Origin: Eremomyces bilateralis CBS 781.70
Taxonomy: Eukaryota
Direction: 5' to 3' (one strand)
Length of the DNA: 64,000 bases
NCBI GenBank assembly: GCA_010015585.1
Contig: ML975149.1
The notes under the pieces are model-generated. The model was not told the DNA's origin and did not search any database. It worked only from the letters and a program-made list of their open reading frames with translations. The position numbers and the translations under genes were made by a program. Of the stretch, positions 39,156 to 50,317 are shown in pieces. Position 1 is the stretch's first letter, and every line of letters begins with the position of its first letter.

Positions 39156-39953
39156 ATGAACGGTACTACCTACCGTAACCGGCATCCTCAACCGCACTCG
39201 CTGACCATGATCTCAGACGATTTCAACTTTGACACCGGCCTCGCCGACCCGTTCAACTGGGAAGATGCGACCGTCGGAGCAGGCTTCACCGCCATCAACA
39301 ATGCTCCAGGTTCCACCTCCACCCAAACGGTGTCTCCGAAGGACCTGTTCAACGTCGATCCGCTCGCGTCCGCTCCGCCCTCGGCGGCCTTCACGAACTT
39401 GACGTCTCCGTCCATCAACGGGTCTCCCTTCGTTGGGGACACCTATGATACCTCGCCCATCTTCCAGGATGAGGGCGAAATGGGCGCCCACAACTGGTTC
39501 TCGCTCTTCCCGGACAGCACCGATAAACCATCCGCTCCTCTCGGCGAGCCGATGGTCCGCGACATGAGCAACCAGTCCGCCGCCAACCGTTCGAGCAGCT
39601 CCGCGTCCGACTCACCTGTCACACTCGAGTCTCGCCACCGCTCCGTCGGCTCCGGCAGCTTCTCATCGCTGTCCGGCATCACCAAGTCTCGCCGGCGAAA
39701 GGGTCCGCTCCCGCCGATCGAGGTCGACGGTGGCGACAAGGTGGCTCTCAAGCGCGCTCGAAACACCCTGGCCGCGCGTGACTCCCGCCAGCGCAAGCTC
39801 GAGCATGTCAACTATCTCGAATCGGAGAAAGCGCGCCTCGAGCAGTCCGTCGTCGATTTGACGAGCGAGAACAACTCGCTGCGCGACCGCCTTAACCGTG
39901 CAGAGGCGCGCTTGTCCAACTCGGGCGCCGCGTTCGACGGCAATGTGTTTTGA
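39156..39953 (+). CDS. cpcA: Cross-pathway control bZIP activator CpcA/Cpc-1 (Gcn4 ortholog)
   Basis: Main ATG 39156 and 54-nt intron 39163-39216. Motifs TVSPKDL, SAPPSAAFTNLTSPS, WFSLFP and LPPI...DKVALKRARNTLAARDSRQRK, then a leucine zipper. Confidence 0.95.
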   Translation: MNGTTYRNRHPQPHSLTMISDDFNFDTGLADPFNWEDATVGAGFTAINNAPGSTSTQTVSPKDLFNVDPLASAPPSAAFTNLTSPSINGSPFVGDTYDTSPIFQDEGEMGAHNWFSLFPDSTDKPSAPLGEPMVRDMSNQSAANRSSSSASDSPVTLESRHRSVGSGSFSSLSGITKSRRRKGPLPPIEVDGGDKVALKRARNTLAARDSRQRKLEHVNYLESEKARLEQSVVDLTSENNSLRDRLNRAEARLSNSGAAFDGNVF

Positions 39954-40775
39954 TTCGGGATTGGACAGGTTATCGACGTTATTCTTGGTATTCCCACCCG
40001 GTTGAACGCACATCGGGATGACGATTGTTCATCCACGTATTCTGATCTCCCTTTGGCTGGTGGCTCGTGTCTCTGGTGTGGGGATGCAGCACCACGCCTG
40101 TTCCTCAAAAGTTCTTATGATGTGTGTGCGTGTGGACGGTTCATTGTCTAAGCGGATTCGTCTTCCTTCCGAGGAGGATGTTTCCTGCTCTTAGACCTTT
40201 CCTTGTTTCCTACCTGGTACTACTGTTTGCTTTTATCCACACCACTTCCTCCCTTACCCTGGCCGGTTCTGACGTCTCCCTTCTCGTGAGGGATTGACTC
40301 GTGGCCATGCACTTTGCGCTTCATTTGAGAGAGGTTTTCCGATGCTCATCGCATCTCTGGTTTTGTTCTCGGCTCTGATTGAGTCTAGAGACAGCTTGGG
40401 GTGGTGGTCTCGGTGGATCAACAACGGATTTTAAGTTCGGACTTTCGCTGGCAGGATTAGGGCAGTGCGCCAATTTCAATAAACCTAATCTTGCCTCACT
40501 TTTGTGTTCATGCTGTGCCGTAGATTGTGATGAAGAACGCTGATGTAGTAGATTGTGAACCGAACCCTGCGTACAACTTCAATTGGATATCGAACTGTGG
40601 CTGGCGCCGTCGCTACCGTAGCCAACGCTTTGGCAAGATGTCTTGTATCTCCTCCCTGGACTCCCAAGAACTTCTACCCAGCAACCAACACTCATCTTCC
40701 ACAACACGGCAGTCATCCCATCCCCCATATTTTAATCCCTCTTCCCCTCCATCCTCTCCGCCACACGACGTCACA

Positions 40776-43436
40776 CTACAACACGCACCCATTCTTCTTA
40801 CTCGAATGCAACGCGCTCGTCCCTATCCGTAACCGCGTCCCACCCACCTCCACGAACGCCTCCACGAACCATTCATACCACACTTTTAGATCGTCCGTCT
40901 GCCGATGCATGGAAATCTGCAGTTCGGAACCGGCGGGGAGGTACATCGGTGTCTGTTTACTGAGTAAGTACATACGGTCACCATACCCAACTTCTACATC
41001 GGCGGGGTTTGCGGATGGAAATTGGAGGGCGAGGGAGAAAGAAAGAGAGAGATCACATACCTTCAACGGAAAAAACATCGGAAACCAACTCACCATCTCC
41101 CCACTCTTCGCCGCCATCGTCCCCGGATGCGTGCTCAGCTCCGTTCCCGGATACAGCTCCGCCTCGAAATACGCCGCCAGCCCATGGCACACCCCGCGTT
41201 CCGGCACCGCGAACGTCATCCGGCTGCCCCGCGCATTATGCTCGTTCCACCCCGACCCGCCCGTGCTACCCCCCGTGCCGCCCGCGGGAAGACCGCTGCG
41301 CCGGAGAGCGGAGTGCGCGAGGTGCGTAGCGGGGAGCGGGTGCGTGAAGGTCCAGCAGGGAGGGACAGTGGGTTGGATGGAGGGGTGGAGGGGGGCGGTG
41401 GGAATGATTGGGGAGTTGTGAGGAGAGGGTGACTCCGGTGACGGAGACGGCGACGCGGGTTTTCCTTCGCCTGCTGTGCTCGTGCTCGATTCGCTCGCGA
41501 CAGTGTAGGAGAGGTAGTCGAACGCGTGCAACATGACGACGTACGGCGTCTCCGGGGCGGTGGGGTCAGTGGGTTCGCGCGCGCGGATGTCGGCGTGTAG
41601 CTTCGGCGCGGCGATGGGGGTGAGGTAGGCGGAGTAGCTGCGCGGGATGGAAATGCCGTGCACGGGGTTCAGGACGTGCTGCACGCCGTCGAGACACTCA
41701 GGGGAGAGCTCGTTGTCGGCGAACGAGCCGAGCAGCTCGCTGATGAGAATGTCGACGTGCGCGTGCGTGCCGTCGGGGAGGGTTGGGCCTTTCCAGGCGC
41801 GCATGTCGGTCTTCACGACGGTAACGGCGCCATTCCAGATCGTCGCATTGTGGTGCTGGAGGACGACGTAGGCGTTCGGGTTCTTCTCGACGGCCCAGAG
41901 GGAGATGGGGACGCCGGTGGAAATGCTGGCTTGGAGGGCGCGGGTAACGAGCGGGCCGCGGCCGGCGCCGGCGACGGCGACGAGGGGTTTCCTGTCGGGG
42001 CCGGAGGTGGATTTGCCTTGGGCGACCCAGTCGCGGAGGCCTTGGGCGACGGCGCGCTCGTACCATTCGTATTTGATGGGGTCTTTTTCGAAGACCTCGT
42101 AGGTGATGCTCTCGAGGTTGTCGGTGAGGGGTTGGAGGGGCACTTGGAGGTAGTCTTGGTAGCCGGAGCCGAATTGCTCGATGGTGGGCTTGGGGGGTTG
42201 GTTGCGTTGGAAATAGCGGAGGTAGGAGAGGTGGGGGGTCGGGTCGTTAGTCACGCGGGTGCTGGTGCGGATGCCGGCGGAGGCGCTGCTGAGATGGGCG
42301 GCTTCAGTGGGGGTGGGGTCATCGATGGTCATGTCGTTCGGGGATCGTGGCACGTCGAGGCCATCTCTTAGGATGTCAAACCCCGGGAGCGGACCGACGT
42401 CGCTGAGGATGACCCACGGAGCGATCCGGAGCCGCATGTACCGGCTGATGAGGCTCTGGTGGGGTTTCGGGAGCACGGGTTGGCCTTTGCGGTTGTGGAT
42501 GAAGGCATTCCCGGGAATCAGAAGGATGCGGAGGGGTTCGCTGAACCAGCGGGTTTGGACATGAACGGAGGGGAGTTGACGGGGAAGACTCAGTCCTAGT
42601 GGGTTGTCAGATCAGGAGTCACATCGCGTATAAAAGCATCGAACGGCGCAAACGTTTGCGGATATCTTACCAACTGTCAGCCTCACATGGTATTGACAGA
42701 TCGTCCTGATGATATTCCATGCATCCCATGTCCCAAACGGATCCTCCTTTCCAGCCCCCTCATCCGTCTCCACGTAATTCGACCGGGCAAACCGCGAGAG
42801 ATGACCAAATCCCTCCCCAGAATCAGTAGCTGGATCATCTGTCATCGGGAACATGATGTGAAAAGTCAGATACGGCCCGATCGTCAATGCCTCCTTCACC
42901 GCTCGAGCAAACTGCGCTACTCCCGCCCCGTGGAGCGATCCATGATGCAATTTTGGGGCCTGCACAACGAGATTCGTGGCTCCGCAGAAGGCGGCAAAGG
43001 CGACCTCCTGGTTGAAGACTTGCCGGGACACGTTGGCGATGATGGGGTCTGGCGACGCCAGATCGATCCACGTGCTCGAGTGGACCAGCAGCTGCGAGAC
43101 CAGCTCATTCGGCATGAGATTGGTGTCGGATGGCTTGAGCGGTGGGATCAAAGGAGCGAGTCCTTCGTCAGCAGTCTTCTCCCCATCCAGCTCGGCGAGT
43201 CGGTCGGAGAGGCGTGATAAGACGCTCGTCCGATATTCCACCGTGGTAATCGGGGTGGTCAGCATGTTGTACTACGTCTCGGTCAGAATCTTTACTTTTC
43301 GTCCATGTTTAAGACTCACATCTAAATCCAGCGCCTGCTGAAGCACCTCGGTGGTGACGGGAACCGTGCGCTTGGTCTCATGCTGAGCGATGTAAAATTG
43401 AATCTCGTTCGCCATCGCTGGCAAGAGACTGTCCAT
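40776..43436 (-). CDS. HSL7: Protein arginine N-methyltransferase 5 (Skb1/Hsl7)
   Basis: TIM-barrel region WIDLASPDP...QEVAFAAFCG; YQDYLQVPLQPLTDNLESITYEVFEKDPIKY, GAGRGPLV, ISELLGSFADNELSPECLDG, SWFPMFFPLK and KVWYEW. Confidence 0.95.
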
Positions 43437-44848
43437 CTCGGACTGTTTAATAACCAAGAATCTACCGGTTGAATTTTCCACGGTGCGCTAAAAGCGATGT
43501 CAGATTTATGAAAGACTGGATTTTTTAGTGAATCGCATGGTATGGTAATGAGCACAAGGGGCTTTCGTGGGAGACAAAGTTTATATTGGCCTAGGAAACG
43601 TAACACCACAACCAGACGACGACGAAATAAAAGTGGAGCCTGAGGCGGAAAGGAGACGAGATTTAAGTCTGTGCAGACGAAGTATCCAGGCTGCAAGAAA
43701 GCAGTGTAGCATCAATTTGTCGGTTTCATAAACAACTTGCTGTCCTCTTTGTAGCCAGGGATTTGAAAATTCCCTTCGTGGTGACAGTGATTTGTCTGTC
43801 CATTCGATAACCAATTGTTTGCTCCTACCTTCCGCCCGGAGAGAATCGGAAATACGGACCTATGTACGCCTCACATCACTACGGCTTGGTACGATGCATT
43901 GTTTAGAGCTAGCATCTTCTGTAACTACCGGCAAGGTGGATTAATTGTTTGAGGAACCAAGAATCACATTTCAAAGGAAGATGTTGAGGGAGCGAGTGTC
44001 AAATAGTGCCAAACCATTCCCCCGCAACCATCTACTTGGTGCAGGTCGCGCTGCTTTCATATCGATTCGGATATCTAATCCCTATATGGGGATTCAAAAC
44101 TCTACTTATATACTCTTCCAAAGTCCTATAGCGCCCAAGTCCGCCTTTCTTGTCGCCTACGCGACTCAATTATAGTATAACGTCGAGATACCGTCGCCAG
44201 CATGCACCGTCGTATTCAACGTCACATTGCTACATTGATTATATGTGAGTAGATACTATGGCCCGTATTTAAAGTCGAGATCATACTCAAACTCTCCGAA
44301 CGAATACACCTTCTGCCGTCTCTTCCCGATTGATTTCACAACGCTCTATCTCTACGACCCAACCAAGTGTAACATCCCTACAGGATGTGTAGCGAAACCT
44401 AGCCCCTGTACGTACACTCCACGAATGCTCATGAAAAGTGATATGCCTGCATCGACTAGTGTTAAGAACATATCACAGATGCGGCTGAAGAATATGGCCG
44501 AGTGTGGTGCAAGGGAAAGCTAATGAGAACTTGAGATAGAACAGTTCATGATAGAAAGCAAATGGACTTGAGAAGATGGATGATCGACTGGCTGAATATT
44601 ATGATACTATACGAACGCTGAGAAATTTATCATGATATGAAGAACCATATACGCTTAACTCCAGATACCCCCTTTGTCTCCATCAATTTGATCAAATGGC
44701 GCAAGGAGTAGCTAAGACCAAAATCGAAACCAACTCGCTAAAATCAGGTTATTAAGCTTTCAATGCAGACACCTTAACAAATAGACACCTTGCTCTTTTG
44801 CCATCGCTTCAAACACACAAGCACGCTTTCATTCCATGTTCAGTCATC

Positions 44849-46776
44849 TCACAGGTACATCACACGATGTTCATCGATTGGCAGCAAGCTCTGCCGCTCC
44901 GCATCCGCATCCTCCTCCATCTGCTTCTCTCGGACATGTCGACCCTCGACAGCCGCAAATACCGTCAAGGCGCCCCCGATGATCGCTCCAGCGATGGTCA
45001 TACCGGCATTCACCGGAGTGGGATTGCCGCTCATAAGATCGAGGGTCAGGGCGTCCAGGCCGGATTGGGAGAAGTTGATGAGTCCGGAAAAGCAGATGAT
45101 GGCGCCGTAGATGCGGCCGAAGGTGGCGAAGCCGAAGACTTTGGTGGCGTAGTCGCTAGGAGTAAGTTGTCAGCTTTGTTCAAGAGAGAGGAGTGGTGGA
45201 TATGTCATTGTCAGGGGTTTACTTACGACACGGCGGAGTAATAGAACGGCCGAGCGATGACGAATAGAACCACGGTGATATAACCTGCCCAGATGAACGG
45301 CAGACAATTGACGACGCCGATAGCCGTGATAAGCACAACAATAACTCCAAGAACGGCCGGCACGCTAAGATGATTCAAGAGGACCGCAATAAAAGGCGTG
45401 GCGGCAACGCCGCCGATCGGGAGCGCGAAGTCGAAAAATACCGCAATCTGCCGCTCTCGGTCTTCGCCTACTAAAAACGAGTACTGGGAGTCCAGTGTCG
45501 CGATGAAGTAGTTCATCCGTAGCATCTGCAGCATCGTGAGGAGTAGGAGTCCGATAAACCATGGTGACAGCATCTGCCTATGCGCTGGCTGCCCGTGGAG
45601 CACGCCCCAAACTTCGCTAACGATCCGGCGTTCTTTTTCATATTCGGCCTTTTCGATCCGCTCGGCCTCGACTCCGACCAGCTCCTCCAGCTGACTAGCC
45701 CTCCTCTCCCTCCGCTTCGCTCGCTCCGCCCTTACCTGCCGCAGCTCCGCCCTACTCTCGATCTCGTCGTCCGAGTCATGAATATCCCGCATCGAATCCT
45801 GCGCCTTCTCGATCTTCTGCCGCAGCTCCGGCCCCGTATGGTAGCTCTTCGGCGGCATGACCAGGAACTCCAGGACCACGATCAGCACAGGAACCAGCGT
45901 ATACCCGAAGAAGAAATACGCCGGCGCAAACACCCGCGCGGACGCCTCGTACGCCAGCCGATAGAACAGAAACACCGCCGCCGACGCGTCGAAGCTGCCG
46001 GTCACAAGCGCCACGATGATACCGGAGTGCTTGGGGAAGGCGTACGCGAGCTGGAATGACGGGATGAAGATCGCGCTGCCACCAAGCGCGAGGAGGATGT
46101 TCGCGACGATGTAGCCGTCAAACGCGGGAATGGCGAAGGCGAGGCCCATCAATACGCTGCCGGCTGCCAGGAGGATGCTCCCGGCGACGTAGAGGACGCG
46201 GCGGCCATAGCGGTCGAGGATGGCGCCGATGGGGAGTGCGGAGACGTTGGTGGCGACGGAGGCGACGGTGAAGAATAGGTTTAACCTTGATGGTCGCCAT
46301 CAGATATTGCGTTCGACCGCTGAAGGTGGTGTGACATGACCTGCCCCTGAGATTCTTACCTAATATCTTGCTCAACGCACCCCGTACCGGTTTCACCCCC
46401 CTCATCATCTGTACACAGCTCTTGATACACGCCCTCGGCGATTAGTACCGGCTTCAATGCCGCAAAGCCAAAGACGATACCGGACGCCAGCCAGCACACA
46501 ACCACGGCAATTGATACTTGCACTATCGTTCATCACGTCAGTCCCAGGCCCTCTCCAATCCGTCGTCGACTCCCTCCTACCTAATCGTTTAAAAACCGGA
46601 ACTTTATACGCCGCTTCCCGACCCGTCGGAGGTGCCTCAGTCGACAGTAGAGGAAACGGGTCGAAGCTCAGAACGTGGCTTTGGACGCTCAGGCGGCGTT
46701 CCGGGGCGTCGAAAAGGGTATCGCCGATTTCGCGATCCACGCCCTCATTGGCCGTGACGTGTTGGGTTAAAGACAT
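44849..46776 (-). CDS. MFS transporter, Fmp42/LAT3-like (multi-exon)
   Basis: Many hydrophobic helices; motifs GAILDRYG, FPKHSGII...GSFDASAAVF, QMLRMNYFIAT and RPFYYSAVS|DY...KVFGFATFGRIYG. Confidence 0.85.
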
Positions 46777-47259
46777 CGACTTCGGGGCGGCCAATGGGAG
46801 AGGGGCACGGCTATAAAATGGCCGACATAATTTCGATTACGGCGAGGACAGTTGAGGAAGATAGGGATATTATAGGATTTGGTTCGTGGTGGTCATGCAT
46901 CGTTTCTTGTTTTTCTACTACTATCGCGATCTAGATCCTCTATGGACTAGAGTACAGTACGGTGGGCTCCTCGAGCTACGATGGGGACCCCTGGCCATTG
47001 CATCACCGTCAACATAAATTTCCTGCTTCGGACTCGGATCTCCCAAGACACAGAGCGCTTACGGTAATTGATGGACATCTGCAGCATCGGTTTCACAAGC
47101 ATTAATCCCTCACGGTGTGGTCTCATTCATGGTCAATTTGCGCTTATGTACATACAGTGGCTCAACTCATGTCAACGCAATTTGCTATCGAGCGCTCCTC
47201 GTCGAAGATCCAGATTATAGGGATACTTTCCTTCCTTGACTCGTTTCCGACTTCAGAAC

Positions 47260-48946
47260 TTAGCCGAACAACGCATCGGCCAGACGGATGCTCACCGTCT
47301 TGGTCTGCAGATAATTCTCCAACGCATCCTCGCCCAACTCGCGTCCGATGCCCGACTCCTTATACCCGCCGAACGGCAGCTGATGATGCAGCATGTTGTA
47401 CGCGTTGACCCAGACGGTGCCGGCCTTCAGGGAGTTGGCGACCTCGATGGCGGTGTTCAGATTGGTGGTGTGGACGGCGGCGGCAAGACCGTAGGTGGTA
47501 TTGTTGCCGAGGGCGATGACATCGGCCTTGGTCTTGAACTTGCTGATGGAGCACACCGGGCCGAAGATCTCCTCCTGCACGATCTTCATGTCGTCGGTGA
47601 CGTTGGAGAAGATGGTGGGTTCGATGAAGTAGCCTTTGTCGCCCTTGCGGGTACCGCCGATTTCGACCGTGGCGCCGGATTCTTTGCCGTGCTCGATGTA
47701 GCTGCGTGCTGTTAGCCAGGCACCCCGTTTTCGGGATCTATGAAACTTACCTCATGATACGGTCGTATTGTAGCTGCGAGACTTGCGGCCCCTGGAAGGT
47801 ATCCGCATGGAACGGATCGCCCACGACGTTCTTCGCCGCGCGCTCCTTGAACCGCTGCAGGAACTTCTCATAGATGCCCTCCTGCACGTAGATCCGCGAT
47901 CCCGCACAGCAACACTGTCCGTGATTGAAGTAGATCCCGAAGTTAACCCACGAGATGGCATTATCGATATCCGCGTCGTCGAACACGATGTTCGGGCTCT
48001 TCCCGCCCAGCTCGAGTGTCACCTTCTTCAAGTTCGAGTCCGCGGCGGCCTTCATGATCTGCCGTCCGACGACCGTCGAGCCGGTGAAGGCGACCTTGTC
48101 GATCTCCATGTGCGAGGAGATGGCGGCGCCGGCGACCTTGCCGAAGCCGGAGATGACGTTGATGACGCCGGGGGGGAAGCCGGCCTCCTTGATGAGTTCG
48201 GCGGCGACCAGGGCGGAGAGGGGGGTCTGTTCGGCGGTCTTGATGATCACCGTGTTGCCGGCGGCGACAGCAGGACCGATCTTCCAGCACCACATCAGGA
48301 TGGGGAAGTTCCACGGGATGATTTGCCCGCAGACACCGATCTGCTGGCTGTCAATTTCGAACTCAATTAGTCCAAATGAAAACCAAACTTACCGGCTCTT
48401 TCCTCACGTAATTGAACGTATCCGGCGTGGTATCCACGACCTTCCCCTCAATCTTATCCGCCCACCCGCCATAATATCTCAAGCACGCTGCCCCACCTGC
48501 CACATCGTTCTTCGCGATGCTGAACGCCTTCCCGTTATCCAGCGCCTCCACCGCCCCGAGCTTCTCAACGTTCGCCTCGAACAGATCCGCAAGCTTGCGA
48601 AGGTACTTTCCCCGCTGCTCGGGCGTTACGCGCCTCCATTCGCCATCGAACGCCGCGCGCGCCGCCTTGACGGCGATGTCGACATCTTTCTCAGTGGCTT
48701 CGTGCACGGAGCAGATGACGGATTCGTCGGACGGGTTGATGACATCGAAGGTCTTGCCGTCGACGCCTTTGACGAACTCGTTATTGATGAAGCTGGGATA
48801 CGGTCAGTTGGGGGTCTAAGGCAGTAGGTAAGCTGCTTGCGGGGTCGGGGGCTAGTGGCGACACCTGGTGTAGCTTGGTATACGTACAGGCCGGTAGGCT
48901 GGGTGTATTCACCCGTAGCGGGCGTCTTTAGCTGGACGGAAGTCAT
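47260..48946 (-). CDS. aldA: NAD-dependent aldehyde dehydrogenase
   Basis: [21 protein letters not shown], catalytic [16 protein letters not shown] and [15 protein letters not shown]. Confidence 0.95.
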
Positions 48947-50317
48947 TTTCACGGTTGGATGAAGACAATGGTATCAGGTGGTGAATTCAGCAATGTTCGA
49001 TCAAGAATCAAGAATCAAGAAAGTAGAGAGGGGAAGGGGAAATTCCATCCGTATCCGCTATTGCGGGGCGTGTGGACGGGTTTTTGCCCTTAGCAGGATC
49101 GTTTGTTTTGGCATGACGTGAGGAGGTTAGGGGCGACGGCCGACGACTGAGAAATCAGTGGGACCGACGCAGTGTCTACGCTGGTGAAACCCTTATTTTC
49201 ATATCTGGTAAGTAGTAACTAGTAACTGCTCATGGCCAGTTGCCACTATTATTACTGTCACAGCAAAAGGTCGACACGATTACTACGGTAGCTGCTGGCG
49301 GTGATGATTGATGGCTGCAGTCGTTCGGTCTGATGGAAGCCCGGCAATAGATGTGATAATAGCGTTTACTCCGTTCAGTTGTGCCCCTTCACTCCTTGCA
49401 ACCAGTAAACATCATGATTAGTATTAGGATGACATTTATGAACGGTCCATTTCCTCCTTCAGGATCAACCCCGCAGATGAGTGGCGTTCAGGCGCGTCAA
49501 AACATCCCGTCCCCCGCCTTGTGCGCGCATGGTATGACGAACCAATGCCATTGCTCCTCTTCATCCGCTGGTACCGTTCACGTTGCATTTCCGTCCGCCT
49601 GGGCAGCCTATCGAATTGTGGGATTGGGTCGATCTTGCCCTGATCACGTTGCCGATTGACTGAGAACCGGTTTTGTGTATTACAGGTGCGGGGGGATTTC
49701 TTCGTGTCGAGATTCGAGAATATTCCAGGCCCGCATTGGAGATGCTATTGCTTTAGGTGGTTAGTTGCAAGGAGCGGCGGTTAGATAAGGGTTTAGATCA
49801 GCATCAGCTTTAGCTTCGGGGACGTCGGCGCCGAAGGTGCGATGGCTTCGGCCGAGTGGGTTACCAGGACCGAATGGCGACATGCATCTCACTCGGTCGA
49901 TCGGAGGAGCTCGTCTGGATAGAGGGGACGAGTGACTTCTGCCTGTGGAAGGGGGTGGAAGCGGTTCAAGTCATATTGAAGGGGCATACGGATCTACGAG
50001 GGGCCGGAAACAGCTGCAAGTTGTCGCGATGAAGGGAGCACGATTTCAGCAAACACAAGTTGAGACTATGAATCCTCTGAATTCCGATATCTGTTGGAAC
50101 GAACAATCAATCAGATGCGCAATATGAGTTCCGATCCCCGCCCTCATCCCGTCTGTCTCAGCACCCAGCTGCCGAACGAACATTCTCGTTCCCTAATGCG
50201 ATGAATCAAATCAATCAATGCCTATTCTGATGCCCCGTCAACTCCTGCCATCGGTTTCCGATGTGTATGTGGTATTTCGATCGAAGGAAGTAGAGTTCGA
50301 TCCGGTGTCGTGTGCGT

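Noticed and set aside
19011..39953. Gir2 and cpcA (both linked to the Gcn2 pathway) as a functional cluster
   Set aside because: They are 19 kb apart with several unrelated housekeeping genes between them; most likely coincidence.
40555..42371. Plus-strand ORFs up to 288 aa overlapping PRMT5
   Set aside because: Antisense or alternative-frame artefacts in GC-rich coding DNA.
47783..48827. Long plus-strand ORFs (195 and 290 aa) opposite aldA
   Set aside because: Antisense shadows caused by high GC3 codon bias.
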